Origin: Spirogloea muscicola
Taxonomy: Eukaryota
Reading direction: 5' to 3'
Length of the DNA stretch: 43,481 nucleotides
NCBI GenBank assembly: GCA_009602725.1
Contig: WELB01000014.1
Span: forward strand, 908,234-951,714
Both the position numbers and the translations under genes were made by a program. Below are positions 35,001-43,481 of this stretch, one piece after another. Within the stretch, counting starts at the first letter, position 1. Each line of letters begins with the position of its first letter. The notes below the pieces were generated by a model that was not told the DNA's origin, did not search any database, and was given only the letters and a program-made list of their open reading frames with translations.

Positions 35001-35575
35001 GCAATATTTGCTTCTAATTTTGTGCAACTGTGACTGCCTGTGTCCTGTTGTCTTTGATGCTGATTCTGCTATCTTGCTAACTTGAGTATCTGTTGACTTG
35101 ATCAGGGGCGTTCTATTGAGACCAACTTGTATGCCTCCTTCAAGTGTGACTCTTTGAATCTTGGCATGGTATGTTCACTAAACAGGAGGGTGCACCACAA
35201 GATGCTTCTCAATACTCAATACGAGCGTGGCACATTACCATCATGACCAACAGTTTTGAAGCTGTTTGAATGAAGTAGCCCCTCAAGCTGCAACTTTCAC
35301 GACCTTAGCTCAACCTCAGCTCCACTCAGCTCCAATAGCTTTTCCCATGTGGACAACTTTGTTAGGTCATGCTACTATATTTTGCACCGAGCTGCCTGAC
35401 TCACTCCCGCACTGTTTGAGATTTAAATCGTGCTGTTCAGATCAAGCACCAAGAGGTTGCCACATTTCTGGAAGGTCGCCTGTATGATTGTGTCATCAGC
35501 TTCAAGGAGGCCGCTCAGACCAAGCCACGCTCAGTCGCAAAGCAACAGCTTGTAGCCGAGCCGGTTCTTGCTTGA
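32005..35575 (+). CDS. DUF89/ARMT1-like damage-control phosphatase (At2g17340/PANK4 C-terminal type), 386 aa
   Basis: 12 exons: 32005-32168, 32532-32597, 32901-32967, 33253-33321, 33451-33591, 33882-34010, 34121-34207, 34422-34496, 34631-34717, 34877-34954, 35106-35168, 35441-35575. Motifs: AGNIFDLG, RPWVID, FVDNAGAD, PALND, LEGMGRSIETN. Confidence 0.93.
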
Positions 35576-36029
35576 AATTTCATCCACAACGCTTCGAGGT
35601 CCACACACTGTATAAGTAGCCGGTGATTCTCTGGCAGAGACATACCCAGTCTTTCGCCGAGCATCAGCCATCATTGCCATTTATTGCTCCCCATTTCTCT
35701 TGTGGACCCTTCTTTGGATCCGCAAGCTTGATCTATTGATACATAGACTGGATGGGATCGATCGCAACCCATGCAGTCGGCCAGCCCGGCTCTGTCTGCT
35801 CGCGCCATTGGTTATCGCACTTGGTACTCCGTTTGCTGCCTGAGTATGCCCGAGGGATGGCGTCATCGAGCAGAAAAGGAAGTGAAGGTCTTGTAGCCGT
35901 AGATTGCTGCTGCGAGCAGCCCACTCTCAGCCATCCGGTGCACTTCCGGCAAGTGCATGATGATGTGGCCCCGTTGAGTCTTTGGCTCGGATTCCCACCT
36001 CGAGTCGGCCTCCTGGCCACCAACAACGA

Positions 36030-37310
36030 AAGAGAGAAGGCGCGCGGTGCACATGATGTGAATGGGAGGCCAAGCTGAGCCACTACACTGTTCAGCAAAA
36101 ATTCGGCAAAGAACCAAACTTGAAAATGGGGTTGCACAAAGCGAAGCTTTGGCCCTTGACTATAAGGGCTGAGAAAGGAGGAGGAGCTATTGAAGGGAGC
36201 AATGGCTGCGAAAGGCCACCCCAAGTAGATTCTGATAAGTAGCGGAGGGGCCAGGAAGGGCAGACTACGCAGGTCTGGCGCAGCGGGATGCGGCGAGGCC
36301 AGGGTTGGCGCCCAGGCGCAATGGCGCATCCCCGGTGTCGGGTTCATGAATTTGGGGGCGAAGCTGTCTTTTGGACTCCAGATGCAGAGAGCTCCTCCAC
36401 CGGAGCAACTTTGCCGGTCTGTCTGGTATCCACGTACCACATATGACACCTTTGAGACAAAAGGTGCCGTTTCACTCCTTGAGGTTCAAACCTTGTCCAA
36501 TCGTGAGCCGTTTCTTCTGGCTGTGAGAGGCCTCCAGTAGAAGAGCTTCTCCTATTTTTGGGCTGTCCATTCACAGCCATCGCCATCTACTGGAAGAGTC
36601 ATTCGCTCTGTTCCCAAGGCAAAAGCACTTCCACTTTAAAGGCAGTGGCTGTGAAAGGCCAGCCTGTCACCTGTAGTTCAGAGGAGGAGGACGCTTCAGG
36701 AGAGGGCGGTGGCTGTGAGAGGCCAGTTCGAGAGAAGGAAGGGCCAGGGAAAGCGCGAAGGCACAGAGGGAATCAAGTAGCTACGAACCACTCAGTAACC
36801 CCTGTGGAGCAGCCGCTGGCCGGAGAAACTGGCCTCCGGGTAGCGGGTCCCCTGGCCAGGGCCAGAGGCTGCAGCTGTACTTCTCTTCGTTGCCTCTGTT
36901 TCACTCTGTTGCAAAAGAAGTGGCACTCCCAATTGGGGCAAGGGCTGTGAAAAGCCAGCCAGTTGAATAGCTGTGTGGTTTTGGCGCCTCTCGGCCTTTG
37001 TCCATACTTCCTGATGTCACCTTAGGCACCTTGGTTTCGTTTTCCGTATTATGTAGCCCTGTTTAGTTGGCCCTAGACTAAACCCTGCCTAAACAATGTG
37101 TCGGCTTGAATTGGCCTCCATTTCATTTCATGTGCCCCGCGCGCCTTCTCCCTTCTCCCTTTGGCACAAGAGCTAGTCAATTGCCGTCCGGTATTCGAGC
37201 GTCAGCTAGCGACCTCTATGTGCTGACTCGTGGTTACTGAGCGGGTCAGCTTAGCAGCAGGTGACGTACATTTGTCCAATGTGCTTGCCTTTGTACTTGG
37301 CCACACATGG
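36030..37310. mobile_element. Cluster of non-LTR 3'-end fragments in both orientations
   Basis: Minus about 36793-36875 reads AAASGPGQGTRYPEASFSGQRLLHRGY*. Plus 37013-37150 resembles 27938-28070. Plus 37188-37303 matches minus 4551-4663. Minus 36030-36081 matches the GCGCGCCTTCTCT end. Confidence 0.8.
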
Positions 37311-37706
37311 CCTCCCCATCTCTTAATGTACACGCATTTTCGATGGGACGGCTGGGAACGGCGGGGACCCGAAAGAAAGGCGCAAGGAGCGGCCTTCTGA
37401 CGGCGCCGGCGGATGGGAACCCGCCCCGCCGCCGGCCCAGGTCAACGCCCAAAACCCGTCGGCCCGCCCCCGGGCTGATCTGGCGCGCGCCGGCAGCCNN
37501 NNNNNNNNNNNNNNNNNNNNNNNNNNNNNNNNNNNNNNNNNNNNNNNNNNNNNNNNNNNNNNNNNNNNNNNNNNNNNNNNNNNNNNNNNNNNNNNNNNNN
37601 NNNNNNNNNNNNNNNNNNNNNNNNNNNNNNNNNNNNNNNNNNNNNNNNNNNNNNNNNNNNNNNNNNNNNNNNNNNNNNNNNNNNNNNNNNNNNNNNNNNN
37701 NNNNNN

Positions 37707-40700
37707 GGCGACGAGGCCGCCGCGAGCACGTCCGGCCGCGGCGCCGCGGCGGCGACGGCGCCGCCCTCCGCCGCGGCGCAGGCGGCCATCACGCACGCCA
37801 GCGCCAAGGGCTTCAAGGCCACGACCAAGGCGTCCGCCGAGAACCTCCAGGTAAACAGCGCGCGAGCGCCGCTGCTGGCACAGTGATGCTCAATCACTGG
37901 CTGACGTGACTACGACGGCGCGGTAACGGCAGATCAACGAGGAGGTGCGGCGCATGTTCGAGCGCATCTGGAGCCAGGTGGACGAGAAGCTCGGGCCCGA
38001 CCGCATCCACATCCCCAAGGAGATTGTGTGGCTCAACGGCGCGCCCGGCGCAGGTCGGCCGGCCGCCATGGCTTGCTCCTAGATCACCACTACGGATCGA
38101 ACCTGGCTGGCACGACGTGGAATCTGGCCAGCATTGCTTTGCCTCACATTACGAAGGCCTTGCCGCGAGCACACAACTGATCACCTCCTTGCTCATTGCG
38201 CTGGCTGCTCAATGGCACTTTGATGCGGAGCAGCGCTTCATGCAGCCTCTTGACAGCTTTGGTCTTGCCGCGAGCGTAGGCAAGGGAGCAAACACGCCAT
38301 TCATACTGCGTACGAGGGGCTTCCAAGGTACATGACGACACCAGCTTGCCCCTGCCGTGCATTGCAGGGCAGCATGGTGAATCAGCACCTGGCTGAAAGA
38401 GACATACTTGCACTGTGCCATGCTTCAGTACCTTACCCTCACCTTGCCACTTGCTGATGAGGCCACGTGTTTGTTTTGTTGTGCGCCTCCATTCAGCGAA
38501 AGCAATCCAGATTAGTGATCTCCTCCAGAAGAGCATGGAGACTGTGGCCATCATGAAGAGCGGAGGCCTCGTGACAGACAACACGGTTGCAGAGCTTCTG
38601 CTGGAGGTAAGAGAAGGCCAGTGCCACCAGGAGCTCCCCTGTGGCGGCTTGTTGATGCCCTGGGGTGTACTACTCTATCTTGACTTGGTTTTAGACTCGG
38701 TGTCATTCTAGACTTGGTGTTATGCAAGCAGGTCTAGACCATGGATGAAACAGAAGTCAGAGTTAAGTACAACAATCCTGATACTTATCTGGCTTATCAA
38801 GCAGGGCCCGTCCTGATTTTAATTGCAGGCGATTCTCAGCCCGGAACTAGCAACAGAGGCTGATTCTGAGGAGACCTCTCTTTCGACCGAGGTGAGTGCT
38901 GAAGCACGGAGTCTAGGTCTTGAGCTTGAGACAGTGAGGGCCGAGAAAAGGCAGAGACGAAGAGAGGCATGCCTTCATTGTTGAGGAAGACAATTCAATA
39001 GTAGCTCGGTGGTGCTTTGCGTTGTCCATGGCGTTGGTGCCTCTGGCCGTCTTCAAAGGTAGATAGAGATAAATAATGAATGTGATATCTAGCACTGGAG
39101 CGGTTATTAGAGTGATCATCCCTCAGGACAATTTGGCAGATGCGCATGGACCTGCCTGCAGGACTTTACGGACTTGAGCGCCAATGGCACCATTGCTGGG
39201 GTGGTTGTCGACGGCTTCCCTAGGACCACCCAACAAGTAGACTTCGTCAAACTACTGTATGATAAGTGAGTATACTCTTTCTTACTTGCACATGACAAGT
39301 CAGAAGTGGCCACTTCACCCTTATAGAGACAAGGTGCTGCAAAGGCTTACATAAGCTTTTGCACAACCACAGCTTGATCTTACGAGATACATGGTCCACA
39401 GGCTCATGGAGCTCCACTACAAGTATCTGGACACCCCGCTGGAGACCAGATATCCGCGGCCCATCTTTAGAATTGCCGTCCTGTGAGCATTACTGGCCTT
39501 GTTTGGCTACTGCGTGTGTGATGGCAAAACATGCATGAGTTGTAGGGTAAGCACTCCAAACAGTGGCAATAGGTGGTGGCATTGACCATGTCGGCAATCT
39601 TGCAAAATGTAGTAGTTTCGTAAGCCTGAAGTATATGATGTAATAGCAGTGAGTGAATGTGGATCAAAATCTCACATCATCAGTGCTTGCTTGGTGTTGC
39701 CAGGCTACATAGAGCGTATGTGCCAGCTTGTACAACTTGTAGATGGCTGCCTAATGAGGGATATTGACACTTCATTCAATGTGTCCACAGATATGTGGAG
39801 GAGGAAGAGAGTGTGAGGCGGCAGCTGGCCAGGGGAAAGGCTGCTATCCTGCATAACCAGAGAGTAAACGACAGTGGGGTGGGTGAGCTGCAGGAAGTTC
39901 GGCCGACGGACCTTGAGTGAGCAACCTGTTAGACAAGGGAAGAACTCCACAGATGCTTTAAACAAGAATCTGATCAGAGGCAGGCTGTTGTCCGTTGAGG
40001 AATCTGCAAAGCTGCTGGCTACTGGTAGGCGTCGCTTATGATTACCAAGCATGCAAACGTGCAGCGAGAAGGCAGCGAGGAGGAGGTACCAGATTTTCAA
40101 GGAGCACTATGGGACGCTCCTTAGATTGAAGTCATTCTTTCCCTTCCATCTCATTGATGGAATGGGGAGCTTAAGCGAGTGTCGCACTCAAGTAAGTCAG
40201 GGTTGACCTTTCGATGTTGTGTAGCATGTCTTCAATTGCTATTAAAGCGAATGTTGTTTGCATGAGAGCACCTGTTATTGTCTGTTAACCATTGGCTGAG
40301 AGCACTATAGATTCAAGCTGACGTAGCAATGATGGAAAAGCTCAATCCAGATATTTCAGCTTCATTAAGACCTTGATTGCATCTGCAACATCATAGTAAA
40401 AACACACCATTGTGCAACTGATTCGCAGATAGAGAAAGAGCTGCAATATCAAAGTGCTCTAGAATTGGAGAGCACGACATATCGAGCCATCAGCCACATC
40501 CCACTGGCCAAGGTATATTGGTGTCAGACCTTGTCTGTACCATCATGCCTAGCAAATATATGTCTCACTTGAATGGCATGCTTGTTGAATTGTAAGAGCT
40601 GTGGTCAAGTATACACAACAGGATGCAAGAGAGCAGCTTTTGCTGCCCAGACTTAGCTGTCCTGTTTCAGCACTTCCACGGAGCGTAGACGACAAGCATG

Positions 40701-41300
40701 CATTGACCCACTTCAGAACCACGTCTATGGCAGGACATTGTCAAGCAGGCACGTCAGCACATGGTCACTCGCTTGGACTATTATGAGAAGCACAACCACA
40801 ACAAGTTCAAGAAGGTCGTTGACATTATTGACGAGGACATTGTTCCCATCATCCGGCAGTGCGCATTAGCGGGAGTCGCTGTGTACAACACGGAGAAACC
40901 GGTGCTCGTCTCAGACCCCATCGCGGCAGAGATGCTCGCAGACATTCTCTCTGAACGTGGCTATGCTGTCACTTGGCAGGTGAGTAGCTCTGAGATTGTC
41001 GGAAAAGAGCATGATGCAGCATGTTGCATTACTGCACCAGACGATCTAGCACAATTGAATGGTTTCCTAGCAAGGTCTTTCAGCCATTTGCACCATTCAC
41101 AGTGTTACTAAAACGTCGATGGGTCTGCCATCCAGGTACGAACAAGGGAGATCCCGGTCCTTATTGATAAACAAACGTATGAAGTCGTATGCAAGCAGCA
41201 AAGGTCACTTCAATTTCGGCTCAAGTTTGCAAGGCCGCTCATTCGTAATACGGAGGCCGCCACAAGCCTTAAGTCCAGCCTAAATGCTGAAGCGGCATAG
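37707..41300 (+). CDS. Atypical adenylate/NMP kinase-like protein with long C-terminal extension, 5' end in gap
   Basis: Exons gap/37707-37850, 37933-38053, 38280-38327, 38497-38606, 38829-38891, 39162-39265, 39402-39482, 39791-39916, 40065-40191, 40429-40512, 40734-40979, 41136-41300. P-loop LNGAPGAGKG, GGLVTD, VVDGFPRT, RPTD. Confidence 0.88.
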
Positions 41301-42059
41301 CTCTTCAAAGAAGACCTATGAGCTATATGGCGTGCGGCATGGCCCTACTAGTCACACGTAATGCTTGGTGGGTCTATTCATTCAGACCCTGCACTTAGCA
41401 CCCCGTAGATATTGTTGCTTCTTAAGAAGGGCAAGAAAGGCGCGTCCAAAAGGCGCGTCCAACATGAATAAACTGTGAATTGGCACACAATTCCGTCATA
41501 TTGACATGACATACTAACATATGGGCTATCCACGTTTGGTAAGCCGTGGAGGCAGTGTATCCTTGCTTCCTTGATCCTTTGACCGCTTGTGGCGTTGGTC
41601 AAGCTCCGACATTGCCCTTTATGCAAGGAATCAGCAGCTTGTGAGTGGCTTCTAGGCATTGCCATGCAGTCTTCATTAAAGACGTCGAGCATCTGATCGC
41701 ACTAGAAGCAAGAAAGCAGAACGACCTCTATACAAGTGCAGGCCTTTACTGTTGCACTTGTTGTGGCTGGGTAACGCTTCAATTTCCGTTCAGTCTGGTT
41801 AGCTGGTCGTTCATTTCAGATGGTAGAAGTGGCTGCTGATGTATCTAGGGGCGGCTGTGATAGTCAGCCAAGTGCTTACAGAGCGAGTTTGGAAAATATT
41901 TACGCTATGTGGAGCCGCAGGCTGGGCAATCGGCAATCTCGGTGACCCGGGGTCAGCAGTACAAACTGATGGACAGCTGATGGGCTGAACACCCGGTGCG
42001 GCTGCAGCGGCCCTTGGGTTAGAGAGAGGAGGGTCTTCTAAGGAAGAGTTCATCCAAGA

Positions 42060-43481
42060 GGTGCGATGGCTGTGTGCTGGCCTTCACAGCCATCGCCCCA
42101 GTCAATGGGCCTGCTTCTTCTTGTAAGAGGTCAGCACAGATATCATGGAACGAGTACCCAAGAAGAAGATCTTCCCAAAGGGGAGAATGCTTTGAGAGGT
42201 CAGCCCAAGAGAGAATGGACAAGGTCCAAAGTAGGAGTAGCATTTCCAAAGATTCCGAGGGCCAGTCCAAAAATGAGTAGCTCTTTCGGAGAAGCCGGAT
42301 GCGTAGACCATTACGCAAGCTCTAATCGTATGAATGGTCGCTCACTCATCTCAAGGTCAAGGTCCTGAGATGGCTTCTTTCCTTGGACGTTCCCATGGGC
42401 TGGCCTCTCACAGCCATTGCCGTACATTGGAATAGGTCTTTCTTTCAAACATATGGAACAAGGAAACGCCCCCGCCTAGAGCCTGAGGCAGCAGCCAGGG
42501 CACGATTAGAACGAAGATGCAAGGCTTGTGCCAGAGAATGCTGCACATGCAAGCCGCTTTCCACCTTCCTGAAGGGGTTTGACAAGGTCCGAAGGTGGCG
42601 GGGAAAGTAACAGAAACTGCAGGAAAGCAAGATCGGTCACAGACGGCCGCGCAATTTATGCGGATGGATCCCGGTGGGCCCCGGGCAGCCGGTTGGGCGT
42701 GACCATGCTTAGGGCATTCTAGCGTCCCGCAAGCCATCGTTGCATGCTATAGAATGCGGCCATCATTGAGTCTACAGAAGAAAGGGCTCGCTCATTGAGG
42801 ATAGGGGCTGGAAAAGCCAGCCCAAAAAAGAATGAACAAAGTACGAGAAGGGGGCCAGGGAAGCGCTAAGAAAAACAAGCACACAAAGAAACAAAGCAGC
42901 CCCTCTTCTCTATGGGCGAGCCCTTTCTTTCTTCTTAAGAGCTCCCAGGCGCTCGCGATACACCAGCGTGCTGGGCGTGCATTAGCCCAGGCTAAATGGC
43001 TCCCGTGGTGGTGGATTGGCTCCTCAGCTTGGCTTTTCGCAGCCCTTGCCCCCATTGTAGTGCCACTTCTCTCAGCTTAGCTTGTCAGACATGCATGTGC
43101 TTCACTCGGGGATACCAGTGTCCCCCTCAGCCCTGGCCCCCTTCTTCTTGGGCTTCTTGTACTCTGCTTGTACTCTGCCCCTATCCTCAATGGGCGAGCT
43201 CTTTATTCCTCAGCCAGCTCATCACCCCCTTAACAGAAAGAAAGTGCTCGCCCATAGAGAAGAAGAAGGCTCGCCCATAAAGAAAGAGGGGCTGGCAAAG
43301 CCAGCCCAAAAAGAATGGACAATGTCCAAAGCCGAAGAATGAGAAGCCGAGGAAGGACTCCTCTACTCTACCAATCACGACAACATACTAGGGAAGCTCA
43401 GTACCCGCGAGTGAGCAACATCAGGTCCGAGTAGCTCGAGGCAGGGAAGGAGGCACTCCGCCGAGACCCGGAGGCCGCGGC
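42060..43481. mobile_element. Cluster of non-LTR 3'-end fragments in both orientations, running off the window
   Basis: Minus 42465-42545 reads QHSLAQALHLRSNRALAAASGSRRG. Plus from about 42940 reads SQALAIHQRAGRALA...TRGY. Minus 43398-43481 reads AAASGSRRSASFPASSYSDLMLLTRGY*. Hairpins at 42805-42823 and 43289-43307. Confidence 0.8.

Overview
Intron-rich, GC-rich eukaryotic nuclear DNA, most likely a streptophyte green alga (inferred from a pectin methylesterase, a cyanobacterial-type M23 peptidase and land-plant-like VPS39 and DUF89 genes; the species cannot be fixed from sequence). I reconstructed eight spliced genes by hand: VPS39 (minus), a head-to-head VPS39 paralog (plus), SmF, organellar ribosomal bL12, a pectin methylesterase with an SPPPP extensin-like tail, an M23 peptidase, a DUF89 phosphatase and an atypical adenylate-kinase-like protein. 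The most notable feature is the VPS39 paralog. It keeps the CNH domain and N-terminal solenoid, but at a conserved phase-0 intron it appears to splice in frame into one 1.5-kb exon of about 12 Sel1-like repeats in place of the normal C-terminal half. Four intergenic zones (about 2.0-6.3, 27.9-28.9, 36.0-37.3 and 42.0-43.5 kb) are packed with 5'-truncated copies of one non-LTR retrotransposon family with a restriction-like endonuclease. These share a '...TRGY*' C-terminus and a 3' stem-loop, and one copy is nested in another with a visible target-site duplication. Three of the four N-gaps hide GC-rich gene 5' ends. All family assignments rest on motif recognition, not database searches.
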